Virus record (IMG/VR): IMGVR_UViG_3300027640_000210
Coordinates: 1 to 40,335 of that record
DNA length: 40,335 nucleotides
Reading direction: 5' to 3' (one strand)
Source: a virus
Taxonomy: Duplodnaviria > Caudoviricetes
Under the pieces are notes generated by a model. The model was not told the DNA's origin. It saw nothing but the letters and a program-made list of their open reading frames with translations, and searched no databases. The translations under genes were made by a program, and so were the position numbers. This document shows positions 18,069 through 25,823 of the stretch, in pieces; positions within the stretch are counted from its first letter, which is position 1; every line of letters begins with the position of its first letter.

Positions 18069-20723
18069 TTGACTCACGCCCTCGCCGAGCTCATCCGCAA
18101 GGTCGACACTGAGGAAACTGAGGCCTGGCTGCGCGAAGGCATCCCCCGTGGCGCGGGCCTCCCGCCGGCCAAGGTCCTCGCCGCGCAGATTCTGACCCTC
18201 TGTGATGCCCTCGTCGTCGTCTTCCGCCAGCAGCGGAAGCGCTACGCCGCCTACATCCGCGACTACCCTCCGGCCCAGCCCGTTCTCAAGAAGAAGCACC
18301 CGTTCGACGATCTTCCTCCCGGCACAGCGCTCGAATGGCAGACGTGGCTCGCAGAGGTGATCTCTCGCGCGGGCGCGGTAGAGGTCGACGCAGAAGAGCT
18401 TGCGCAGGCGCTGCAAGCCGCGGCCCGCGCGGGCGTGGGGGAGGGCGCGGTCGCTGGGGCCAGGGCAGCCGGGCTGCTCCCGGCCGGCGCTCAAGAGCTG
18501 ACCGCGGCACAGGCGCGGAAGGCGCTGGTGGAGGTCCGGGCATTCGAAGCGTCCACCGACCGGGCGCGGCAAGCAATCCGGCAAGCGCTGGAGCAAGCAT
18601 CCAGGACCAAGGGATTGCGGGCCCTCGTACTCCGGGACGGCGCCGGGCGGATCGTGGCGGCGGCGAGCTATCGAGTTCAGAAGGGGCTCCTTGAGATCGA
18701 GTATCTGGGGGCACTCGAGCGGGAAGTGCCCGGCACCGGCGTCCAGCTCATGCGTGAGCTCGCCGCGGTGGCTGTCAAGAGCAAGCGTGGCCTCGCAGTC
18801 ACCGCCGGTCCGGAGTCGGAAGCCTTCTTCTCCGGGCTCGGGATGCAGCGTGCATCGGCGGCCGCGGGGGGCCCGGTCTTCTCCCTGGCGCCCGGTTCTG
18901 CAGAGGGTCTGGCCGCCGGTAGCTTCGCGGGGCAGGTGCCCGTCTGGCTCACGGCCGGTTGGCTTGACGGCCCGGCGGCTACGTTCCGGGCGGCAGACGG
19001 TGCGGCGTCTCTGGTCGCTCTGAACGGGAGTACGCTGGCTGAGGCGGCTTATGAGCTCGGCGAGAAGGGGCCTCTCAAGGTTACGAGCTTCGACCTGGGC
19101 GCAGACGTTGCTCCCGGGGTCGAGCGGCGGATGCTGCGCGAGTTGGCCTCGGTGGCGCGGGAGGCGGAGCGAGGCTTAGAGCTCCCGCTGGAGCCCGGGC
19201 GGACGGCCCTCTACGAACGTCTGGGAGCAAACGCGAGGGCCGCCTGGGGAGTTCAGGAGGCGCGCCTGCTGGCCTCAGGGCTCTCGGCCCTCCCCGGCTT
19301 CTCGGGGCAACTCAGCTGGGAACTCGGGGTCGCCGGCGCACCCGAGTGGCTCGGGGGGCACCGGATCCGGGGTGTGGTCGACGAGATCTCCGCTACGACT
19401 CACCGGGCCTTGGCGAACACGCTGGCTGCTGGACTAGAGGCCGGGGAGACCACCGAGCAGCTGGCCCGCCGCGTGATGCGCCTCGACAACGCCTTCGGCC
19501 GGATCCGAGCTGAGCGCATCGCCCGGACCGAGGTGCTGACAGCGAATCGCTGGGGCGCCCGGTTCATCGCCCTGGCCGGCGGTGCCACCGAGCACGAGTG
19601 GCACGCACGGATGGATCTGCGCACCAGACGCTGGCACCGAGAGGCCAACCGGCAGCGCCGACCGATCATGGAGCCCTTCGTGGTCAACAACCGCCTCGGC
19701 GAGCCGGAGAAGCTCATGGTGCCGGGGGACTACGTGTCCTTCGATGCGGGACCGGACAACACCATCCAGTGCCGCTGCAGTGTGCGCTACCACAAGCCCG
19801 GCGTCACCTACGAGCCACACCGGCCCCAGCAGCATGGGCTGACCGGGAGCAGGCGTGCGCCCTTCGCCGTCGTGGCGCAGCAGGATCCTTTGACCAAACA
19901 CGCCGATCGGGTAGAGAAGCATCGCCCGGGCGGACACGATCACGACCAGTCGACCCACGGCCGGCGGAGGGCAGCCAAGCCCGCGGGCAAAGAGCCCCAG
20001 ATCTACCGGCCACCGGCCGAGCGAATCCGCGCACTTCGGGAGCTGGCTGAGGACTACGTCCGCGCCTGGGCAGAACAGGAGGGACTGTCCTTCGAGGAGG
20101 GCATGGCGAGAGCCCGGACGCTCATGGATGAGGCCGCCGCGGGCCCGATCAAGATCAACACGACGGTGGATGTCGCGCATGAGATCCTCGACGACGGGCG
20201 CTTCGAGACGCAGTTCGAGTCCGGTGACAGCGGCGGGAGCTACGCTCCAGATCTGCGCACCGACGCCGAGGCGGCCGGACTCGGGATCCCGGAAGACCTC
20301 GACCCCGCGCGTAGGCCCGTGTACGGCTACACGCATGGCTCCGCTCTGCAGTACGGGGGGATTCAGTGGGTCCTAAAAGACTCAGTCAAGGAGCGCAGCA
20401 CGATCACCCTGGGTGACAGTCTCGGAGGCTTCCTGGAGGCGGCATACGATCGTCCGGACCAGGAGACGGGCCTGCTTGGCACCCCCGTGGGAGCGCCGAC
20501 GCTGGAGGGATTCCACGGGAAGTGGCGCACAGAGCTGCTCCTTCGCCGCGGACTCAGTTCAGTCCCGTTCATCGAGGCGCAAATCCAAGGCGGGGTGACT
20601 CTTGACGATGTTCAGTCGGTGCGGGTGCGCGCGGGAGGCTACAGCGGGTGGACGGATGAGCACGAGGCGCTCCTGAACCGCTTGATAGATCTGGGCTTTG
20701 ATGCGTACATGGAGTCGTTATGA
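18069..20723 (+). CDS. MuF/SPP1-gp7-like minor head protein with two GNAT-like domains and a C-terminal toxin-like (DUF3626-like) domain
   Basis: MuF core RAERIARTE...W....D.RTR..H...PGD....QCRC (about 19365-19780); GNAT-like segments at about 18615-18850 and 18980-19230; C-terminal FETQFE..SGG, RPVYG, QYG, GDS, IEAQI.GGV motifs; RBS GGAGG before TTG 18069. Confidence 0.8.
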   Translation: MTHALAELIRKVDTEETEAWLREGIPRGAGLPPAKVLAAQILTLCDALVVVFRQQRKRYAAYIRDYPPAQPVLKKKHPFDDLPPGTALEWQTWLAEVISRAGAVEVDAEELAQALQAAARAGVGEGAVAGARAAGLLPAGAQELTAAQARKALVEVRAFEASTDRARQAIRQALEQASRTKGLRALVLRDGAGRIVAAASYRVQKGLLEIEYLGALEREVPGTGVQLMRELAAVAVKSKRGLAVTAGPESEAFFSGLGMQRASAAAGGPVFSLAPGSAEGLAAGSFAGQVPVWLTAGWLDGPAATFRAADGAASLVALNGSTLAEAAYELGEKGPLKVTSFDLGADVAPGVERRMLRELASVAREAERGLELPLEPGRTALYERLGANARAAWGVQEARLLASGLSALPGFSGQLSWELGVAGAPEWLGGHRIRGVVDEISATTHRALANTLAAGLEAGETTEQLARRVMRLDNAFGRIRAERIARTEVLTANRWGARFIALAGGATEHEWHARMDLRTRRWHREANRQRRPIMEPFVVNNRLGEPEKLMVPGDYVSFDAGPDNTIQCRCSVRYHKPGVTYEPHRPQQHGLTGSRRAPFAVVAQQDPLTKHADRVEKHRPGGHDHDQSTHGRRRAAKPAGKEPQIYRPPAERIRALRELAEDYVRAWAEQEGLSFEEGMARARTLMDEAAAGPIKINTTVDVAHEILDDGRFETQFESGDSGGSYAPDLRTDAEAAGLGIPEDLDPARRPVYGYTHGSALQYGGIQWVLKDSVKERSTITLGDSLGGFLEAAYDRPDQETGLLGTPVGAPTLEGFHGKWRTELLLRRGLSSVPFIEAQIQGGVTLDDVQSVRVRAGGYSGWTDEHEALLNRLIDLGFDAYMESL

Positions 20724-20929
20724 AGCTGAAGGCCGCGTGGCACAACAGCGAGGGCACACGAGTCTACTCGCAGCCTGGCACGGACGAGGTGCTGGTGTGG
20801 CATCCCGATCGCGATCTCCCGGCCCTCCGGGTGGCGCATGTGGCAGGCATTCACAAGTGGGGGCGCTGGATGCCTCTGGACCCCCCGGAGGAGGACGACG
20901 TTCCCGTTCCCGAGGAGGACGTGCTATGA
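20720..20929 (+). CDS. Small acidic protein, candidate immunity protein
   Basis: 69 aa, ATGA-coupled to the MuF-toxin stop codon; function inferred from position. Confidence 0.5.
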   Translation: MKLKAAWHNSEGTRVYSQPGTDEVLVWHPDRDLPALRVAHVAGIHKWGRWMPLDPPEEDDVPVPEEDVL

Positions 20930-21330
20930 GATCCCTGGTGCCACTGAAAGCAGCCATCGACGAGTCCTTTGCGGCTCCCGTTGCGGCCCTTGCGGCCACC
21001 CTCGATCAACTCGAGGCCGTAGCCAAGCATGGCAGTGGAGACCAGAGTCCGCACGGGCGGAGGGGCAGCGGCAACCCCGCCGGAGCAACCCCGGCTGATC
21101 GCGGCAACCAGGCCGCGAGGGGCGACGCTCTGACACGCTCGACCGCCCAAGCCGCGGCTGCCTACAAGGAGGCGCAGGCGGCGGTCCAGGCGGACATCAA
21201 GGAACTCGCCAAGATCGTCGGGAAGCCGATGCCCGGTGGCAGATTGGACTGGGGTTACGTCGGAAACATGACGGAGGCCCGCCGGCAGGTTGCCGAGCTG
21301 CTGTCCTTCCTGCGGGGCGACGAGGAGTAG
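20926..21330 (+). CDS. Hypothetical protein with scaffold-like leader, KH-DQSxHG motif and helical C-terminal domain
   Basis: RBS GAGGAGG, ATG 20926; AVAKHGSGDQSPHG; C-terminal AY...WGYVG...ELLSFL. Confidence 0.7.
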   Translation: MRSLVPLKAAIDESFAAPVAALAATLDQLEAVAKHGSGDQSPHGRRGSGNPAGATPADRGNQAARGDALTRSTAQAAAAYKEAQAAVQADIKELAKIVGKPMPGGRLDWGYVGNMTEARRQVAELLSFLRGDEE

Positions 21331-21380
21331 ATCTGTTCCGGTGCCGTAGCCGCCGGAGTCAAAACGCGCGTGAAGCACAC

Positions 21381-21406
21381 AAAGGCCCTCCGGGGCCTTT
21401 TTCATT
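21381..21406 (+). terminator. Intrinsic terminator
   Basis: AAAGGCCC-TCCG-GGGCCTTT followed by TTCATT. Confidence 0.75.
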
Positions 21407-21420
21407 GGAGGTGGTGAGCG

Positions 21421-22443
21421 GTGGCCAAGACGACCGGTAGCTACGAACAGCGCATGAGAGCGGTGGACGCCGCGGTGAGGGAAGCGACCAAGGCGCCCGC
21501 GTCGCCGAGTCCCACGGAGGCGCCGTCTCTTTCCGCCTATGTCGAGGAGCACCATGAGGATCACGTGGTGGTGCGGGACTACGATCGGAACGAGTTCTGG
21601 AGTGTGCCTTACACCGTGGCCGCGGACGACTCCGTCACACTCGGTGGCTGGACCCAAGTGCAGCAGGTCTACGCCGAAGTGACAAAGGAGCTCAGGCTCC
21701 TGGTCCCAATCGAGAAGTCCGCCGGCGCCCGCAGGATCACCTACGGCGTCGTCCTCGAGCCGGACACCGAGGACCTCCAAGGCGACGTCATGAAGGCCGA
21801 GGACATCGAACTCTCCGCCCACGCCTGGATGGAGGAGTCGCAGGTCGGCGGCGAGATGCACACCGAGATCGTCAAGGGCGCCTTCGTGGTGGAGTCCTTC
21901 CTCGCCCCCGCGGACTTCGACGTGGATACGGCCGAGGGCACGGAGACGGTCAAGAAGGGCTCCTGGGTTCTCGCCATGCGCTGGCCGGAGGAGATCTGGA
22001 AGCGCATCGAGGGCGGCGAGCTCACCGGCTACTCGGTGGGCGGCCAGGGTGTGCGGCTGGACGCGGAAGATGTGGCGAAGCACGCCAGCCACGATCAGAG
22101 CACCCACGGGAGCCGCACCCGGCACGGGCGCTCCGAGGACAGCGGGCGGACCCACACCACCCGCGACGGCGCGAAGGTCGAAGAGAAGATGAAGGTCAAG
22201 CGGGTGGACAACGGGGAGCGCTTGGTCGGCTCGAACGGCGTGGAGATAGACCTTCGGAACTCCATGTTCGCGAACAGCCAGAAGGCTCCCAAGATCACCG
22301 AGCCAGCGTCCTGGGCCGTGCACCCCACGTCGGGCGGCCGCGCCGACCGGTCCACGGACAAGATCATCTGGAGCAAGGCCAACACAACCCTGGCGGACTT
22401 CATGGCCTCGCTGCCCCCAGGCGAATACGAACTGGCGACCTGA
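21421..22443 (+). CDS. XkdF-like prohead protease with C-terminal extension
   Basis: YGVVLEPD..D.QGD, H, VVESFLAP, KKGSWV, IW..I..GELTGYSVGG; RBS GGAGGTGG. Confidence 0.88.
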   Translation: MAKTTGSYEQRMRAVDAAVREATKAPASPSPTEAPSLSAYVEEHHEDHVVVRDYDRNEFWSVPYTVAADDSVTLGGWTQVQQVYAEVTKELRLLVPIEKSAGARRITYGVVLEPDTEDLQGDVMKAEDIELSAHAWMEESQVGGEMHTEIVKGAFVVESFLAPADFDVDTAEGTETVKKGSWVLAMRWPEEIWKRIEGGELTGYSVGGQGVRLDAEDVAKHASHDQSTHGSRTRHGRSEDSGRTHTTRDGAKVEEKMKVKRVDNGERLVGSNGVEIDLRNSMFANSQKAPKITEPASWAVHPTSGGRADRSTDKIIWSKANTTLADFMASLPPGEYELAT

Positions 22444-22456
22444 GAGGAGACGGGCC

Positions 22457-23026
22457 ATGGCAAAGCGACTCACCATGCTCCGCGTTGACGAGGTCAGCGT
22501 GGTGGACAAGGCGGCCAACGGGAAGCGCTTCCTGATCCTGAAGAGAGCGGAGGAAACACCGCTCGACGACGACGCGACCGACGGCGGAGTCCGCGGCTGG
22601 GTCAAGGGAGCGATACAGAAAGCGGCCGGCATCTCCGGCCCGGACAACGGAGGTTCGGACATGACGGCGGACGAGATCAAGAAGGCGGTACTGGAGGCGG
22701 CCGAGGAGGCCCTGGCCCCGATCGTGGAGCGGGTCGACAAGCTCGAGGACCTCTTCGAGGAAGAGGAGCAGCCCGAAGGCGACCCCGTGTCCAAGGTCGA
22801 CGATGGTGACGGGGGCGACGAGGAACCCACCACGGGCCTCACCGAGGAGGCCATCACCAAGATCGTCAGCGAGGCAGTGGCCGCGTCCATCGATCCCATC
22901 GTCAAGCGCCTGGAGACGGTGGAAGGCGCCGCGGGTGCGCGTCAGTCCGGCACCCCGGAGGGCGCTCACAAGGTGCTGAAGGCCGATGGCACCCGTTCCT
23001 GGGAAGGCTCCGGCATCTTCACCTAA
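22457..23026 (+). CDS. Scaffolding protein carrying the EVSVVDKAAN protease strand
   Basis: N-terminal LRVDEVSVVDKAANGKRFLILK; acidic linkers; duplicated amphipathic helix; located before the capsid gene. Confidence 0.7.
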   Translation: MAKRLTMLRVDEVSVVDKAANGKRFLILKRAEETPLDDDATDGGVRGWVKGAIQKAAGISGPDNGGSDMTADEIKKAVLEAAEEALAPIVERVDKLEDLFEEEEQPEGDPVSKVDDGDGGDEEPTTGLTEEAITKIVSEAVAASIDPIVKRLETVEGAAGARQSGTPEGAHKVLKADGTRSWEGSGIFT

Positions 23027-23119
23027 GACCACCTCCCTCCCGGCCCTGTCTGAAGGGCCCGTCTCACCCCCCTGTTGCCCCCCTGCAAGTCCCACCTGAG
23101 CGAAAGCGAGGTTTCCGCC

Positions 23120-24058
23120 ATGGATCCTGTCCAGGCCGTCCGGTCCATCCAGAAGATCGTCACCGGGGACGTGACCTACGGGCTGCTCTCCCCGGAGCAG
23201 GTCCAGCAGTTCTACGTCCAGATCTACGAGCAGATCCCCTTCTCCGGCCTTCACCGCCACGAGACGCGCACGGCCAAGACCGGCGAGCTCGACAAGATCG
23301 CGGTCGGCAGCCGGCTCCTGCGGGCCAAGACCGAAGGCCCGACCGGGGACGACGGCTACCGGGTAGGCGCCACGTTCGGGCGCGTGCCCTACACCTGCGT
23401 GCGCATCAAGCTGCCGTGGGAAGTCTCCGAGGACGTCTTCCACGACAACATCGAGGGCGAAGCCCTGGAAGACAAGCTCATGGGCATGCTGACCACGCAG
23501 CTCGCCATCGACCTCGAGGACCTGCATTGGAACGGCGACTCGACCGACGTGAGCGGTGACGCCGATTTCCTCAACCTCAACGAGGGCTGGTGGAAGCAGC
23601 TGGTGGCCGGGGCGCATGTGGTGAACGGTGCCGCCATCAACGCGGGCGCCATCGAGAAGAGCCACTTCTTCGCGGCCTACAAGGCCATGCCCGACAAGTA
23701 CAAGGCTCGGGGTACGCTGCGCTGGTGCATGAACGCGGCCACCCAGATCGCCTGGATCGAAGCGGTCTCCAACCGGGCCACGGGCGCCGGCGATATGGCA
23801 CTCCTCGGCGTGGACGCCGTCAACAGCCCCTTCGGTATCCCGGTGGTGAAGGTGCCCTCGCTGGCCGATGGCAAGCTCGCCCTCCTCGATCCGATGAACC
23901 TGATCACGGTCAACACCTGGGACGTCCGCATCCGCAAGGCCGCCGAGGGCAAGAGCGCGGTCATGAATGACATGCGCTACTACAGCGTCTTTCTGGACGA
24001 CGACCCGGTGATCGAGGAGACGGACGCCACGGTCATCGTCACCGGGATGACCATCTAA
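23120..24058 (+). CDS. Major capsid protein (XkdG-like, HK97 fold)
   Basis: GLLSPEQ..F, DNIEG, DLEDL..NGD, GW.K, MPDKY, P.NLI motifs; about 312 aa; strong codon bias. Confidence 0.92.
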   Translation: MDPVQAVRSIQKIVTGDVTYGLLSPEQVQQFYVQIYEQIPFSGLHRHETRTAKTGELDKIAVGSRLLRAKTEGPTGDDGYRVGATFGRVPYTCVRIKLPWEVSEDVFHDNIEGEALEDKLMGMLTTQLAIDLEDLHWNGDSTDVSGDADFLNLNEGWWKQLVAGAHVVNGAAINAGAIEKSHFFAAYKAMPDKYKARGTLRWCMNAATQIAWIEAVSNRATGAGDMALLGVDAVNSPFGIPVVKVPSLADGKLALLDPMNLITVNTWDVRIRKAAEGKSAVMNDMRYYSVFLDDDPVIEETDATVIVTGMTI

Positions 24059-24077
24059 GGGCTACCTCCCCGTGCTG

Positions 24078-24113
24078 GCCGGTCCCGGCGTATCCCCCTG
24101 CGCCGGGACCGGC
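24078..24113 (+). terminator. Strong hairpin after the capsid gene (terminator or mRNA stabiliser)
   Basis: 13-bp perfect stem GCCGGTCCCGGCG / CGCCGGGACCGGC; no U-tract. Confidence 0.55.
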
Positions 24114-24149
24114 ACTCAACTCCCACTCATTTCATTGGAGGACAGCCCC

Positions 24150-24674
24150 ATGGCGAAAAGCAAACCCACGCCCACGCCTACCTCGGCGCCGATAGAGGAA
24201 GCGCCGATAGAGGAAGCGCCGGTCGAGGAAGCGCCGGTCGAGGAAGCGCCGGTCGAGGAAGCGCCGGTCGAAGAGGCCGAGATTGCAGAGGCGTCGGTCG
24301 CAGAGGCCGAGATCGAACAGCCCCTCCCCGCGGGTTGGAGCAGCGAGGAGGCCGCACCTGAAGGCCTCGAGGCCCCCGGAGACGAGACGGTGGTCGATGA
24401 GGCCGCCGCGCGTACCCCCGGAGCCCCGCGCGAGTACGTGGTCCTGAACGGCCCGGCGAGCTTCGGCCCCGTGGTCATGAACGGTCAGAGCATTCGGGCG
24501 CGCGCCGGCGTCGTCTACCACCTGCCGAACGCCGAGGAGCGGGCCGACGTGCTGGCCACGGGCTTCTTCCGTGGCGCCGGCCCGGACGACGTCAAGAAGG
24601 CGGGCGTGGGCTCGGCCGGCACCATCACCCTCGAGTCCCTCCCTCCGGGCGCGCTCAAGGGCGGGCTCCGGTAG
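24150..24674 (+). CDS. Hypothetical head-associated protein with acidic repeat
   Basis: RBS GGAGG, ATG 24150; (AP[I/V]EE)n. Confidence 0.7.
   Translation: MAKSKPTPTPTSAPIEEAPIEEAPVEEAPVEEAPVEEAPVEEAEIAEASVAEAEIEQPLPAGWSSEEAAPEGLEAPGDETVVDEAAARTPGAPREYVVLNGPASFGPVVMNGQSIRARAGVVYHLPNAEERADVLATGFFRGAGPDDVKKAGVGSAGTITLESLPPGALKGGLR
24186..24305 (+). repeat. 15-bp tandem repeat (GCGCCG[ATA/GTC]GAGGAA x6 plus degenerate copies)
   Basis: Directly visible. Confidence 0.9.
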
Positions 24675-24695
24675 CACCAGAAAGGCTGATGCCCC

Positions 24696-25187
24696 ATGAA
24701 GATCGCTGAACTTGCGGACGGCGAACTCGGCACGCCGAGGAGTACCGCCGCTCTGAACGCCCTGCTGCGCCTGGCCAAGGTCGCCGGCGCAGGCGGCCTG
24801 AAGATCGTAGCCACCCCGGCCACCGCGGGGAGCTCGGCCGCCGCCCTGAACGCGGCCGCCGCGGGCACCGTTACCAGGACCGTGACGCTCCAGCTGCAGG
24901 ACGCCGCCGGCGTCCGGCAGACCTGGTACAACGGCGCGGACGTGACCCTAACGCCCACGGAGGCGGTGACCGACGCCGATGTGGCTGCCCCGGCCGTCGA
25001 CGATGCCACTCCGGCCTTCACTGACGGGCAGGCCACCGTCGTTCTCACCTACGACACCGACGCCGGGGCCACCAAGACCTACGTGGCCGCGGAGACGGTG
25101 GGCTTCACTACCGCCTGCGCGAACATCCTCGGCCGCGCCGTCACCGTCGGTGCCGCGGCCAACTTCGTGGATACGCTGGTGGCGTAG
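24696..25187 (+). CDS. Putative virion structural protein (head decoration/Ig-like)
   Basis: Ala/Thr/Val-rich beta-strand pattern; lies between capsid and neck genes. Confidence 0.5.
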   Translation: MKIAELADGELGTPRSTAALNALLRLAKVAGAGGLKIVATPATAGSSAAALNAAAAGTVTRTVTLQLQDAAGVRQTWYNGADVTLTPTEAVTDADVAAPAVDDATPAFTDGQATVVLTYDTDAGATKTYVAAETVGFTTACANILGRAVTVGAAANFVDTLVA

Positions 25188-25823
25188 ATGGCCCTGCAGG
25201 TCCTCACCCTGGCGGAGATGCAGGCGCACTCGGCGCTGGCTGAGGTGCAGGCCCTGACCGACCCGACGCTCGAGCTCTTGGAGGCTGAGGCCCTCGATCT
25301 CCTCGAGGCGGAACTTGGCCGCCGACTCACCCTGGAAGCCGCGGACAGCGCCGTCGTCGTTTACGGCGACGGCCTGTCCCTGCTCCGGCTGCCGGAGCGT
25401 CTGCACTCCCTCACCTCCGCTGTCTCCGAGACGCTCGGCGACGTCACTGAGGCGTGCGTGCTCCTCGCCGACGGCTGGCTGCTCCAGGCGCGGATCTCGG
25501 TCTCAAGCGTCTTTGGCCCCGACGTGCCCGCCTACACTTTCAGCCAGGGTGTGGCCGTCACCGTCACCGGCAGGTGGGGTCTCGCCTGCCCACCGCGGGC
25601 AAGCCGAGTCCTCATGGACGTGGTCGAAGCGATCGCCGTGCGTAAGGGCAACCCGGTCTCTCGCCGGGACGAGCTCGCCCCGTGGGGCTCGGTGTCCGAC
25701 GGCGGTCTCCAGGCTTCGCGGGACTCCGCGCACCGGGCCGCTACCCTGGAGAACCTCCTCCGCTACGACGTCCGGGTGCGCCTGCGCGGGCTCTACCGTC
25801 CGAGTGTCGTGGCCGCGGTCTGA
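25188..25823 (+). CDS. Head-tail connector/adaptor protein
   Basis: LTLAEM...A..LLE...GR, GDG..LL.LP, VTVTGRWG...P pattern; position. Confidence 0.65.
   Translation: MALQVLTLAEMQAHSALAEVQALTDPTLELLEAEALDLLEAELGRRLTLEAADSAVVVYGDGLSLLRLPERLHSLTSAVSETLGDVTEACVLLADGWLLQARISVSSVFGPDVPAYTFSQGVAVTVTGRWGLACPPRASRVLMDVVEAIAVRKGNPVSRRDELAPWGSVSDGGLQASRDSAHRAATLENLLRYDVRVRLRGLYRPSVVAAV

Noticed and set aside
20851-22905. 684-aa minus-strand ORF (and other long antisense ORFs such as 15836-17329, 31451-33037, 7186-8469)
   Set aside because: Shadow frames of high-GC + strand genes; no motifs or RBS, and fully overlapped by well-supported phage genes.
24186-24305. Tandem repeats as a possible CRISPR array
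   Set aside because: Contiguous in-frame coding repeats with no unique spacers and no cas genes.
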